Assembly: GCA_951406725.2 (NCBI GenBank)
Contig: OX597824.1
Location: 94,488,001-94,552,000 of the forward strand
Reading direction: 5' to 3'
DNA: 64,000 bases
Origin: Octopus vulgaris
Lineage: Eukaryota
Positions 48,731 through 62,259 of this stretch are shown piece after piece. Within the stretch, counting starts at the first letter, position 1. Every line of letters begins with the position of its first letter. The notes beneath the pieces are model-generated. The model was not told the origin of the DNA. It ran no database searches and saw only the letters and a list, made by a program, of their open reading frames with translations. Made by a program: the position numbers and the translations under genes.

Positions 48731-50526
48731 TCCTACACTTTGTGTAAAGTCACCTCCAGTTCTCTTTAAAAACATTCAGTTAGTGGAAGGGGACTTTTTT
48801 CCTTTTTCTTTATTTCGTTTTGCAAGTTACTGGGTGTCCCCATTTAGAGAAGGAAGAACAAACATTGTAAAATGGTAAGCATCAGGAAGGGTGCCGAGCC
48901 CTAGAAACCACGTGCATGATGACATTGGGGCCTGGTGCAGCTCTGGTTGGTTGGATCCTGTCAGACTGTCCAACCTATGCCAGCATGGAAGATGGACATT
49001 AAATGATGACGACAACCACGATGAGGATACTGGGGTAAAAATAACTGAAGTGATGGATGAAGTACCCGTCAATTCATGGCTATAATAACGAATTAGTTTC
49101 CTAATTATTCTTGGTAATGCTTTGTGCGTCAGTGTTTTGTTGGATGGTGTTGAAGAACAAAGACAGAATGGTAAATGGGAGAAAGGAAAAGAGAGCGAGA
49201 GAGAGAGAGAGAGAGACTGGTAATATATCAAAAAGATATTTAAAATCATTAAGTAATTTGGTAAGTAAACTAATGACAGACTTCAATCAAAACATAATTG
49301 TGACATTCTCTCTGTTGCCGACAATGTTCCATACAAACACCACTAATAAATACAATAAAGGAAAATGGTTTCAGAACCAAACAAAATAATTAGCTGACGT
49401 TGCTGTTTCGTTTCATTTATATCCACTAATAGCCTTGGTAAAAAAAAAAATATTATATCACAAGGCTAATTTCCCCTTCCCTTTAACATACTCACCAGTG
49501 TTATTTGTTGCCAGAAACCATCCTCATTACAGATCTGTTGTTTCAGCTAAATCAGTCCTCACAAGAATACACTTCTGGTCAAAAACAAAACGTTCCATCC
49601 ATGACTATCCATGCTTGTTTTCAGGCATTGTCTATCTAGGATTCCATTATCCAGTGTGTACCTTCCGGGTTTTTTTAAGGTAACAGGATATAATTTTAAA
49701 GATTTGACAGCTGTTCTTGGCAGTCTGAGTGATTACATTAGAGGTCCTCTTATCAGTCTCTTACAGAGGTCGCTGTTGTTGTTTAACCCCAGGTAAGCCC
49801 TGATTCAGTTGGCAAAAGATCAAAAGCATTCTAGTTTTTATATATTTATGACTGTACTGATTAATATGTCCTTAAATACTCTTTATAACAGCTACAACAG
49901 GAAGCAACGATTGTGTAACTGGGGTCTGCTCAGAGCAACACTTTTGTCGGGGAAGCACTTTTGAATCTGCTATATAATCCTATATAAGAGGCACAGGAGA
50001 AGGAAGGGGCAAACGTAAGGGGTAGCCCAAATAGCACACAGTCTAGCTATGCCAGAAAATAGCATTTCCTTCATTGTCCCTCGTCTATTACTGGGTTATA
50101 TCAAGTTGTACAAACAGGTATTAGATGATAAACTACCCTGTTCACTTGTGTAATAAGTCACACTATTCTCATTTTGTCATTTTCCAACAAGAATAGCTAC
50201 AATGGTGGCTTTCTGTTGTCTTCCTTTGAGTAGTTTTCTTTTCCTTTTCTTTCTTCTTTTTTTTTTTTTTTTTTTTTACAGGACACTATTTTGTGGGCTA
50301 CAACAAATTTTGAATGAGAGACAGACAGACAGACAGAGTAGAAAGTTGAATGCTCTCCAATAAATGATGTATTTTATTCATTAACTTTGAAACAATGAAA
50401 TTAAGTTGATTTTGGTCAGGTTTGAACTCAGAATACACAGTCAAAACAAATGCTGTGAGGTATTCTAATGACAACACTACTGTATTTATTCATGTATATG
50501 TCATATCCCTAATTTAGTTTTAAATA

Positions 50527-50920
50527 ATCATCATCATCGTTTAATGTCTGTTTTCCATGCTGGCATGAGTTGGACAGTTCGACTGGCGACTGGCAAGCCA
50601 GTAAGTAGGCTACACCAGGTTCCAATCTGATCTGGCAGAGTTTCTACAGCTGGATGCCCTTCCTAACGCCAATAACTCTGAGAGTGCAGTGGGTGCTTTT
50701 TATGTGCCACTGGTATAGGAGCCACTCAGGCGGCACTGGCATTGGCCACATTCAGATGGTGCTTTTTATGTGCCACCAGCACAAGAGCCTGTCAGGGCAG
50801 GGGGCTGGCAGCCACATTCAGGTGGTGCTTTTTATGTGCCACCAGCACAAGAGCCTGTCGGGGCAGGCGGCTGGCCGCCACATTCAAATGGTGCTTTTTA
50901 TATGCCACCGGCACAGGGGT
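50527..50920 (-). mobile_element. RTE-type LINE 3' end
   Basis: (CAT)n tail, GGATGCCCTTCCTAACGCC and tandem GGTGCTTTTTATGTGCCACC units. Confidence 0.8.
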
Positions 50921-51539
50921 TCAAAATGTTTTCCCCACATAGTTTTAGCTTTGCCCCATATACAAGTGGTACCCCAGTTTCTCTCTACCAGATCCACTCG
51001 CAAAGCTTTGGTCAGCTGTGTGCTATAGTACAAGATACCTATCCAAGATGCCGTGCCAAAGAACTGAACCTGAGACCTCATGTTAAGACATTCCCTTTCC
51101 AGCACTCCACCATGCCTACATGTGAATGCATGACATTTAATAATAATAATTAGCCGTGTTTTCTAATGTTAATCGTTAAGTACTCGCTACATGTGAACAC
51201 ACGTTTTCATGTTCTTGACTTCTTGGACTCGTTTCAACCTTACGAAACTAATTAGAACATTCATTATAAATCTGGTCGCATTGTTCGTTTTCATTTCGAG
51301 TTTCTTTCAGTGGATGCGGCTGTCTTTGAGTGCTTCCTTGCCACACATATATATATATATATATCTGCTTTCTCAAGGAGACACATGAATTAAAATAATG
51401 AGTTTGCAGACATTCCTGGCAGATGCAGCATTGAACCGATGCCGCTGTCCATATTAATTGTGTGGTATTGTAGTACGGCTTGGTGTGACACATGCCTGGC
51501 ATGGATAATATAATCGGCTTTCAAACTGTGACTCCTCCT

Positions 51540-51775
51540 CTTCATAATCATCATTGTCATCATCATCGTTGTCATCATCACCATTATCATCATCATCATC
51601 TCATCATCATCACCATTATCATCATCATCATAATCATCGTCATCATCATCATCACCATTATCATCATCCTCAGCATTATTACATTAATTATCCACGTCAT
51701 CATCCTCATCGTTGTCATCGTCCTTTTCATCGTCATCACTATCATCATCATCATCACCACCACCATTATCATCAT

Positions 51776-51817
<42 letters not shown>

Positions 51818-51940
51818 GTCATCATCATCATTATCATCATCCTCAGCATTATTACATTCATTGTCCACATCATCATCTTCCTTGTTGTCGTCGTCCTGTT
51901 CATCGTCATCACTATCATCATCACCACCATCATCATCACC
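51540..51940. repeat. Degenerate (CAT)n microsatellite
   Basis: Seen directly. Confidence 0.9.
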
Positions 51941-53069
51941 ATTTTATGTCCGATTGCCATTGTGGAACAGGTTGCATAGTCCTCACAGCACCATGGCACC
52001 TTTTTATCGTGGTGCCTACATAGTAGAGAACTTGTCTGTGGTAAGACAAAAAGAATCGTCTTTCTTTTGCCCTTCAACAAAGTTTCATCCAATGTTAATT
52101 GCTCTTTTAGTTGGCCTTCCTACTCTGTGGGTTTCAGGGGCCCATGTCTCTTCTGTCTCTTTCTTCCATTTAGGACATTACTTTTTTTTCTTTTTTCACA
52201 GCTGGATGCTCTTCCTGTCACCAACAGCTGCACTCGTTTGATCTTTGTTCTTTTCCTGAGCCACACACTTTCCATACTGTTACTTCCCATTGACTGCATC
52301 TTCACCCTTGTTTATCACCGTCTACATTCACCTCCACCCCCATCTGTAACCCTCTATTACTCTCCCCTCACACCCTTATGAAACTAACCACCAACCCCAT
52401 CCATTGTATCCTCCTCTCTTCTGTTGACAGTTTCCTCTGGCATCCCATTACTACCCTAATTATCTTCTTTCCAGGTACTCCCACCTACCCTTATAAAATA
52501 TGGGGTAACCATATATCTTTTCTATAGAGAGGTACCTGTGTTTGTCCCTCTGTCATACCTTAGCCTCTCAATATCTGGCATAAAACCCCCTCCCCCTTCA
52601 AATACTTCACCCATTTAGCAAGGGGCTTTCCCCTTTTCGTGTCTTGAAAGTTACCTGGCTACCTCACAAGTGCCATAGAAACCATGCCAAAGCTAACAGT
52701 GGACCTTGATGCAGCCCTGCAGCTCAACGGATCCTGTGAAACTGTCCAACCCATGCCAGCATGGAAAGCAAACACTAAATGGCGATGATGAAAAGGTTGC
52801 ATTTTATCATGCTTAGTGAGACATATAATCCGAAGATGTAAGTTTTCAAATGTGGTCCCTAAACACCGTAAGGAGTTCGAGAGAGATGGACCGTGCCTGT
52901 AATTTAAAGGGCCACTCTTGTTACTCTGTGTCGTGCTGATTCTACCTGAGGATTACATTAAGGGTACATGTTTCCATAGGATACTCAGCCACCAACATCC
53001 AAATTCAATGAGCAGATCTTTTATTTTTTGTGTCAATCACTGGAGTGTGGCCATGCTGGAGCACCACCC

Positions 53070-53298
53070 TTAACCCTTTCACATTCAGATTACTGTGTCA
53101 AATGTAATGTTTATTTATTCCCTTTTCTTCAAATAATTATGCATTATCTCAAAACTTCAAGATTATGTTGATGTGATTCTTTATTCTTAGAATGACATTG
53201 CAGGGTAGGTGTGAGAGGCTGGATCTGGCTAGTGTGATTGTAAAACAAGTTAGAATATTTTGGGCCGGATTTGACTGGTTTAAATTGTAAAGGGTTAT
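53070..53298. mobile_element. piggyBac-like MITE inserted in an old SINE B
   Basis: TTAACCCTTT ... AAAGGGTTA termini, with SINE B sequence on both sides. Confidence 0.55.
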
Positions 53299-54659
53299 GG
53301 GCTTACTCAAAGAAATCACTCCTTGTTATTTTATCGGTCTCTTTTGCCAAACTGCTAATTTACAGGGTTGTAAACAAACTAACACCAGTTGTTAAGTAGT
53401 ATGGGGAACAAACACAGATATGTGGGGGGAGGGCAGTCTGAGAGTGGCCTTCATCCCAAAGCCATTCTGTGACCAATTAAGCCATTGTTGGAACCTTGGC
53501 AGGTCCTTCTACTCTGGGTTGGAGTAGACATGGGAACGATAATGGCTAAGCAAGGATTCCATGATTCCACACTCCTCAAAACCTTCAAACACCCACACCA
53601 GGACCCCACTACCAGATGCAGTTTGAAGTCGAATCATATTCGACAGTAAGGCCTTAGGTATTGTTGAAGAGACAGGATAGTCGTGGCTGGAATACTTTGA
53701 CCATATATTTGCTCGACTAATGTTCACCTGAGCTAAATAACAACACCAACACACACACACAGACACGCCCACGTGCACGTACACACAAGAAATTCCACGT
53801 TAGCCGGGTTTACAGACATCCTGTTCACACATCTGCTGCAGGAATGTGTTGGGTCATGGTTGACACAATGTAAATATTTATAAGTAACGTGAATTGTTTG
53901 TCTCAATTTCTTGACAAAATATTAATAGTTTAGGTTTTGATGCATCAAAAACTAATAAATAAAACATAGAACAAAACAAAACAGAAAAAAAACAATTAAT
54001 TTCTTATGGTTTTGGTGATGAATTTTCAGTAAGTCCCACTTTGTGGCACCTTGGGCAAGTGTCTTCTAGCCAAGTGGCTGCCCCCAGAAAAGAGATTTAG
54101 AGATCAGTTGAGAAGTAGGGATGTGATCCACAGAGGACCAACTTCATTTTGATATATGATACATGTTCCTGTGTTGGTAATTATACCTGTCCTAAACAAA
54201 ATGGCATTACTTTTTGACTCACCCTCGTATTATATTTGGATAGTCTACAAGATGCACTTTTCCTTTATAAAAAAAAAATGTGATTTTGATGAGAAATTTG
54301 AAATTTAATATATCATACAACACTGAGAGGCATGGCTGCACAGTTGAAATTGGGGTATGTTTAATGTGCCTGTGCGTTTATAATGTCTTCAAATACAGGG
54401 TGTAGACTGCATTCGTCATGTAGCTTTTTTTAAAATCTTTATTGTTATTGTTAGCCACATGTGATGTACGATGTACTCAAACTTGCTTTTACTACATTCT
54501 TTGTGAAGGTGGGAGGGGAGGGGAGTGAGGGAGGGAGGAGGTTTGGCTGAGAGCATTGACCCTCTTTTGTAATGTGGGTTAGCTCATAATCAAGTTCAAA
54601 TGCTGCACTGTAAACAGACAGACACAACCTAGGGCAAACGTGTCAACAACAGTAGAATG

Positions 54660-54682
54660 ATTGTATGTATGTATGTGTGTGC

Positions 54683-54722
<40 letters not shown>

Positions 54723-54767
54723 ATAGATATCCATAGATATTTATATATATCCATAGATGTAGATATA

Positions 54768-54803
<36 letters not shown>

Positions 54804-54804
54804 T

Positions 54805-54846
<42 letters not shown>

Positions 54847-54943
54847 GTACATGCATATATGTATATATATATACATTACGTGTATGTCTGTGTGTATATA
54901 TGTATATATATATATATGTATATATATATATACATATACATAC

Positions 54944-55032
<89 letters not shown>

Positions 55033-55093
55033 CATATATATATACATATATATATATATATACATACATATATACATATATATATATACATAC

Positions 55094-55142
<49 letters not shown>

Positions 55143-55310
55143 TATGTATATCATTGCTTAACATCCGCCTTCCATGCCATACTAGCATGGGTGGAACATA
55201 AATACATATATATGTATATATATATATATATATATATGCATGTGTGTATACAGAGAGCGAGATAGATAAAGAGAAAGAGGCATATGTATATATATATATA
55301 TATATATATT
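54660..55310. repeat. (TA)n/(CA)n compound microsatellite
   Basis: Seen directly. Confidence 0.95.
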
Positions 55311-55809
55311 GATCTAGATAAGTTCAAGTCACTTCCACAAGCACGGAGCCAGTTCTACCATTTACTGAAGAAACGCGAAGGAAGTGACAGGTCATCCTGG
55401 TCTGTCTTTACAAAGATGATGGCGACAATGGTGATGATGTTTAATGGTACAATGCCACCTTCAACCATTTCCCCTCTTTTCTTGTAATTATGTCACCCCT
55501 GCCTCTCCCCCTCTCTCTCTCTCTTCCCCTCTTCCCACACCTCCTCAGTGTCAGTACCATTTCCTTTCTTGGTAGTTTCATGTCTTCTTGTGTTACATTG
55601 TCACAACTTGTTTAAGAAATTTCGCGACGCTTCTGACATGTGTACACCATCTGTGAGCATATACACATATACACTCACCGGATTATGTATACACTGGCGG
55701 CAGAGCTTGTGTCTGCTTACACATTTACACACATACACACACTTATTATATCTGTGTTCTTACATCCTTATAAATAGCATGTCTATATATCTAAATAGAG
55801 AAAGGGGTC

Positions 55810-55898
55810 AGATAGATAGATAGATAGATAGATAGGGGAGAGAGAGACAGATAGAGAAGGAGAGAGAAAGATAGGGAGAGAGTGACTTAGACAGACAT

Positions 55899-55931
<33 letters not shown>

Positions 55932-56009
55932 GACTTAGATAGATAGATAGATAGAGACTTAGATAGATAGATAGAAAGAGACTTAGATAGATAGAGAGAG
56001 ATAGAGACT

Positions 56010-56040
<31 letters not shown>
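55810..56040. repeat. (GATA)n compound microsatellite
   Basis: Seen directly. Confidence 0.9.
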
Positions 56041-56041
<1 letters not shown>

Positions 56042-56851
56042 CAGACACACACAGTAGAGGTATCTACCCAGCCACACCCTTGCAATGAAAGACACTTGCC
56101 TTCAGATCTTGAAACGAAATCTGATTATTTACTCTGTATCTTGGACTGTGTGCGTTTGAATGTTAGATTTGTATCCAACTTACAATTGTCCTCACGATTT
56201 CATGCTTCATAATGCTCTTTCATACACACACACACAGACACACACACATGCTATGTCTCTCCTTCTATTTTCCATTCTCTCTACCTCACCGTCCTTTTCT
56301 CTTCCTCTCTCGCATTTTCTCTCTTTCACTTTTTACTCTATCAATATCTTTCTTTCACTCACTCCGTTTCCGGGTCCTTTTCTCCTTCCTCCACCTCCCT
56401 CTCTCCCTCTCCTTTTGTCTCTCTTTCCCTTTCTCTCCCTCCCACTCTCCCTCTCTCTCAAATTCATTTCTCTCTCTCTTGACCTCATTTGCTTTTGATT
56501 TGTTTTGGAATTTTTTCTTTCTTTCCCCTCCTGCTCTGTATTTCTTCCCTAGTCTCAGTTATTTGTCTCCCACCATGCTCTGGCACCACCACCACCACCA
56601 CCATCAACTGCACAAGGGGCAGGGTGGGGACTTTCCTTTTCACTAACTTTTACCCACTCCAACAAAAATATAAACACAACCACCACTACCACATATGACA
56701 CTGTGGTCTCTCTCCCTCTCTGTCTCTGCCTATCTCTATCACTCTCTCTCTCTCTCTCCCTCTATATATATACATATATTTATTTATAAATAGAAATATT
56801 AATATTTCTAAGTCTCTCTAAAGGAGACTACGGCAGTGGTACTGGATATTA

Positions 56852-57054
56852 ATAGTTATGGCCAAGCTAACATGGCAGTCCAGAAAAATAGGACAAAAGC
56901 TGCCATTGATTAGCTCCAAGAGGCCATCGCCTCTAGCTAGCTATGTGACACACAGGTTCGTGTGTCACATAGCTAGCTAGAGGCGATGGCCTCTTGGAGC
57001 TAATCAATGGCAGCTTTTGTCCTATTTTTCTGGACTGCCATGTTAGCTTGGCCA

Positions 57055-57061
<7 letters not shown>
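56852..57061. mobile_element. Perfect hairpin (102-bp arms, 6-nt loop), probably a young TA-targeting MITE
   Basis: 56852-56953 is the exact reverse complement of 56960-57061; the loop is AGGTTC. Confidence 0.85.
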
Positions 57062-57091
<30 letters not shown>

Positions 57092-57404
57092 GTGACACGT
57101 TAAAAGCACTGTCCAAACGTGGCAGATACCAGCGCCACCTGACTGGCGTCCGTGTCGGTAACACATAAAAGCACCAACCGATTATGGCCCCTGTGCCGGT
57201 GGCACGTAAGAAGCACCCACTACACTCACAGAGTGGTTGGCATTAGGAAGGGCATCCAGCTGTAGAAACACTGCCAGATCAGACTGGAGCCTGGTGCAGC
57301 CTCCTGGCTTCCCAGACCCCAGTTGAACTGTCCAACCCATGCTAGCATGGAAAACGGTTGTAAACGACGACGACGATGTATGTATGTATTTATGTATGTA
57401 TATA

Positions 57405-58397
57405 TACATATATATAAATTGAATTTCTGTTTGTTTATTTGTTTGTCTGTCAGAATGAAAATAAAGACAGCAAGTCTGTAGGAGTAGTCTCACACTGGTT
57501 CAAAACTAAATATTTCAATTCTCCTTGGGAATATGGCCTGTCAAGTTAAACAATACTAATTAGGGGAGATATATAAGCAGTAATGAGGCCTTCTGGTGTG
57601 TATTTGGATTCCCAATCCACAAAAGGCCCCCACCCCTGCCAGCCATTCAACAGCTTTCTGTGCATTTAGAAAATAGTCAAATGGTTTACTTCACTGCTGA
57701 GACAGCTGCAAATCAAGTTTCAGATTCAAAGAATACCACTTTAACAGCTTTTTTGAATCTTTGTCGCGGGGACAATTTTGCAAAGGCGTAGCTATATCAT
57801 GAGGCCCCTTCTTATTACATCATCATCATCATCATCATCATTTAACGTCCGCTTTCCATGCTAGCATGGGTTGGACGATTTTGACTGAGGGCTGGCGAAC
57901 CAGATGGCTGCACCAGGCTCCAATCTTGATCTGGCAGAGTTTCTACAGCCGGATGCCCTTCCTAACGCCAACCACTCCGAGAGTGTAGTGGGTGCTTTTT
58001 ACGTGCGAGTAACAGTAAATGGAATAGATGCAAAAATAGGTACAAAACTTCACAGTCATTCTTGTCGTTGCATACCAATTATACCATCAAATGTCCGATT
58101 CCAATTTAAGCGGTTACAGTTTCTTATTCATGTTTCTTTTGCCATGAGTATTAATAAAAAAAGTCAGGGCCAAAAACTAAAAATTGCTAGATTGCATCTT
58201 GAAGAACCATGTTTTCCACATGGTCAACTTCATGTAAAGACATCACATGTGGGAGCAAAAAACATTGTTTATAAAGAAATATTCACTCTTAATGCAACAT
58301 GAATACTTCAATAACTTAATTTGCCATTACTATCATTATATTCAAGAATGAGTAAATGGCCTATTTAAATGAAGTGTATTATATAATTACCATTAGT
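57405..58397 (+). mobile_element. Internally deleted Helitron (Rep/PIF1 helicase fragments) with an RTE 3' end inserted at 57818-58005
   Basis: RYISSNEAFW.VFGFPIH...LSVHLENSQMVYF...TTLTAFLNLC and IPIIPSNVRFQFKRLQF...FAMSINKKSQGQ...PCFPHGQL...KNIVYKE. Confidence 0.85.
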
Positions 58398-59152
58398 CAT
58401 CATCATCATCATCATCATCATCGTTTAACGTTAGCTTTCCATGCTAGCATGGGTTGGACAATTGACTGAGGGCTGGTGAACCAGATGGCTGCTTATATAT
58501 CTCTCCCCTAATTGCTATTGTTTAACTTGACAGGCCATATTCCCAAGGAGAATTGAAATATTTAGTTTTGAAGCTGAACCAGTGTGAGACTACTCCTACA
58601 GATTTGCTGTCTTTACTTTCATTCTGACAGACAAACAAACTTAAATTCAATTTATATATACCATCATCATCATCGTTTAACATCCGTTTTCCGTGCTAGC
58701 ATGGATTGGACGGTTCGACCGGTATCTGGGAAGCCAGGAGGCTGCACCAGGCTCCAGTCTGAACCAGATGGCTGCAGAGTTTCTACAGCTGGATGCCCTT
58801 CCTAACGCCAACCACTCCGGGAGTATAGTGGGTGCTTTTACGTGCCAGTCAGACGGTACTGGCAACGACCTCGCTCAAATCTTTTACACATGCCACCAGC
58901 ACAGGTGCCAGTAAGGCGATCATAAATAAAATCATGCATACAACTCACTTATTATTGTCATATAATAAACAAACAGAAGTTCATGTATGAAATTGATCTT
59001 TTTTCTACATCAATTATTACATATTTTTCTCTTATAAAAATACACACATACAGGAGGAGTAAATTATATATATAATAATACTTCGAATGTGGCTCCTGAG
59101 AAAGAGTAAAAGTAATTATCCAATCAACAATGGGTATTACTGCTAGTATGAT

Positions 59153-59725
59153 TAGAATCGAAGGGCCTTAGAGTCAACATAGCTAAAACCAAAGTCCTAA
59201 TAAGTAAGAAGGCAGGCAAACCACAAATCCCTTCAGGTAGATGGCCCTGCTCGATCTGCAGAAAAGGCATAGGTGTAAACTCTATAAGATGTACTCAGTG
59301 TAAGCTATGGACACATAAGAGGTGCAGCAATATCAAAGGAAGGCTAACTGGGAAGATAGTTTTTGTATGTGGCAGATGCTGGTGACAAAGGGCCTCTCGC
59401 TCAGAGTAAAAGGTAGACTGTATGACGCTTATGTATGAACAGCCATGCTACATGGCTGTGAAACATGGGCCTTGAATGCTGAGGACATGCGTAAGCTTGC
59501 AAGGAATAAAGCCAGCATGCTCCGATGGATGTGTAATGTCAGTATGCATACTCGACAGAGTGTTAGTACCCTGAGAGAAAGGTTGGACCTAAGAAGCATC
59601 AGATGTGGTGTGCAAGAGAGGAGACTGCGCTGGTATGGTCATGTGGTGAGAATGGAAGAGGATAGCTGTGTGAAAAAGTGCCACACCCTAACAGTTGAGG
59701 GAACCTGTGGAAGAGGTAGACCCAG
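59153..59725 (+). mobile_element. RTE-clade LINE ORF fragment (post-RT region)
   Basis: LESKGLRVNIAKTKVL...WPCSICRKGIGVNSIRCTQCKLWTHKRCS...FVCGRC, then an internal deletion, then MLHGCETW...ERRLRWYGHVVRM...VEGTCGRGRPR. Confidence 0.9.
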
Positions 59726-59894
59726 AGTAACTGGTGTGGAACAAATTGAACATGATCTTATGAATATTTTATGTAAATTAGCAAAGTGCTAATTGCAAGT
59801 TAATTATGAAAGTATCAAAGCATCGAATGTTTTGGTCAATTTATGCAGGAGAAACTGTTCTCTTGGTTTGTTCATGTAATGCTGATAGGATAAA

Positions 59895-60440
59895 GGGTAA
59901 AGACCCCCTTGGGTCAAGTATTACCATGGGATTACACCTAGAAAGATCCCCTCCAAGTCACAAGTACAGGCAAGGTTGTTTATGGAAGACCAGCCTCTCT
60001 TCTCCACACCATTATATGTACATAGGTTAAAGGGTAAAGACCCCATTTGGTCAAGAATGACCATGGGATTGCACCTAGGAAGTTTACCCTCCGAGACACA
60101 AGTCCGGGCAAGGTTGTTTATGGAAGACCAGCAGTCGCCCATGCATACCAGCCTCCCCTCTCCATGCCACTGATATTATCCAAGGGAAAGGCAAAGGGGC
60201 CAATACAGCTCAGCACCAGTGATGTCGTAACAGAGTAAACTGAAGCAATGTGAAATAAAGTGTCTTGCTCAAGAACATAACACACAGACCAGTCCAGGAA
60301 TCGAACTCACTACCTCATGATTATGAGCCTGACACACTAACCACTAAGCCATGTGCCTTCTCTTAGAGATTGCACCTAAAAAGTTCCCCTCCGAGGCACA
60401 AGTCCAAGCTAGCTTGCTTATTGAAGACCAACAGTTACCC
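59895..60440 (-). mobile_element. SINE family D full copy plus two partial tails
   Basis: AAAGGGTAAAGACCCC-starting units, and a tRNA-like head ending at ~60360. Confidence 0.8.
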
Positions 60441-60997
60441 ATGCACATTAGCCAAACTTATGAAGATGCTTTGGACAAATAAGGGTTAAAAAGTGGGGAA
60501 AAGACAGTTTAGATACCTAAGTGATAATTATACCAAAAGAAAAGATGATCACTGCTTGATTAGGGCAAACCTGCCAATTAAGGGAGCAGGGTTGCTAAAC
60601 AACAATAACAAAGCCAGATTAATATCTTTAGTCTAAACTCCAGAAGAAACAGATTAACCTAATTTTCTTCACAATAATGGAAATATTAATCCTCTGTAAA
60701 ATGACTAAAATACTGTTGACATGTATCTTGTCTTTAACCCATAAAGTGCTGGGATTTGTACCTACATAGCAGGGATTGCTGAACACATTTTAGGAAAATG
60801 AGATTACCATGCACACATAAAAAACAAAAGAATAGTTAAAATACCTTCTTAGTATAAAATGGTGGCAAGTTTTACATCATCTGAAAAATCATTACTTGAA
60901 CTTTTAGTCCTCTTGCATTCTGGTGGGGGGTGTATCGGAGCGTTTGAGTGACATTAGACACCCATAAATTAAATGCATCTGTCTGGGCCATGATCAT

Positions 60998-61335
60998 GGC
61001 CCGTCGACCTGTGCCTGACAGCCACAATCGTGGCCTTGTCGACCTGTGCCTGACAGCCACAACCGTGGCCTTGTCGACCTGTGCCTGACAGCCACAATCG
61101 TGGCCTTGTCGACCTGTGTCTGACAGCCACAATCGGCCTGACAGTCACAATCGTGGCCTTGTCGACCTGTGCCTGACAGACACAATCGTGGCCTTGTCGA
61201 CCTGTGCCTGACAGCCACAATTGTGGCCTTGTCGACCTGTGCCTGACAGCCACAATCGTGGCCTTGTCGACCTGTGCCTGACAGCCACAATCGTGGCCTT
61301 GTTGACCTGTGCCTGACAACCACAATCGTGGCCCG
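60998..61335. repeat. 35-bp GC-rich minisatellite, ~9 copies
   Basis: Unit GTCGACCTGTGCCTGACAGCCACAATCGTGGCCTT, arranged head-to-tail with no spacers. Confidence 0.95.
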
Positions 61336-61554
61336 TCACCCTTTGTGTGTTGACATAGCTTTTCTAGTCAGGTCAGTTGTTCCTAAACTTTTTTTTAAAA
61401 CTTGTTGCACACTTTAGCTTAAGTGCACTTTGTGCATAAGATAACGAAAAAATCTGTTTATGTATTTAAGCCTATCATCATCGTCATCACCATTTAATGT
61501 CTCTTGCCAGTGCTGACTGACTGACTCCCTGAACATGGTTGATGCCAGCCTCCC

Positions 61555-61830
61555 TGCTCCAACTGGCTCCCGTACCAGTGACATGCAAAAAACATCATCC
61601 AAACGTGATCAATGCCAGGCCCGCCTGATTGGCTCCTGTGCAGGTGGCACATAAAAAGCACCCACTGCACTCTTGGAGTGGTTGGCGTTAAGAAAGGCAT
61701 CCAGCTGTAGAAACACTACCAGATCAGATTGGAGCCTGGTGCAGCCATCTGGCTTGCCAGTCCCCAGTCAAACCGTCCCACCCATGCCAGCATGGGTTGG
61801 ATGTTAAACAATGATGATGATGATGATGAT
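61555..61830 (+). mobile_element. RTE-type LINE 3' end
   Basis: GGTTGGCGTTAAGAAAGGCATCCAGCTGTAGAAAC...(GAT)n. Confidence 0.8.
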
Positions 61831-62259
61831 ATATACAGAGACTGACAGACAGACAGGCAGATATTGCTGAAGTGACTATCAAACTATGAAATAAGTGTTG
61901 GGGTTGTTATGATTGACTACAAATCTTTGGAGTTAGTGCTCCAGCTAGGCCACAGACTAATGACTGAAACCAGTAAAATAACAATACAACACATGCACAC
62001 ACACACACACACACACATAAAACAAAAATGCATACACACACACACACACCCATGCATAAGCACATGTGCCCAAACACACACATGCAAAAATACAAACACA
62101 TGCATACACACACAGACATATCGATAAGCACACACACACACACACACACATGCATAATCACATACACGCAAACACACGCACATGCATAAGCACACACAAA
62201 CACACACATGTATACACACGCATGCATAAGCACATACACACAAAAACATAATGACAAGC

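Noticed and set aside
51492-52241. 249-aa ORF with hydrophobic and Ser/His runs
   Set aside because: It is a translation of a (CAT)n microsatellite.
59849-59893. GCAG|GAGAAACTG (EKL...) as ZIP9 exon 2
   Set aside because: It continues FSWFVHVMLIG* with no VTVLGAGLL.GTAL motif, and looks like a decayed RTE 'RLRWYGHV' segment. I found no true ZIP9 exon 2 in the window.
60998-61335. 35-bp palindromic repeats as a CRISPR array
   Set aside because: The units are contiguous with no unique spacers, there are no cas genes, and the context is eukaryotic.
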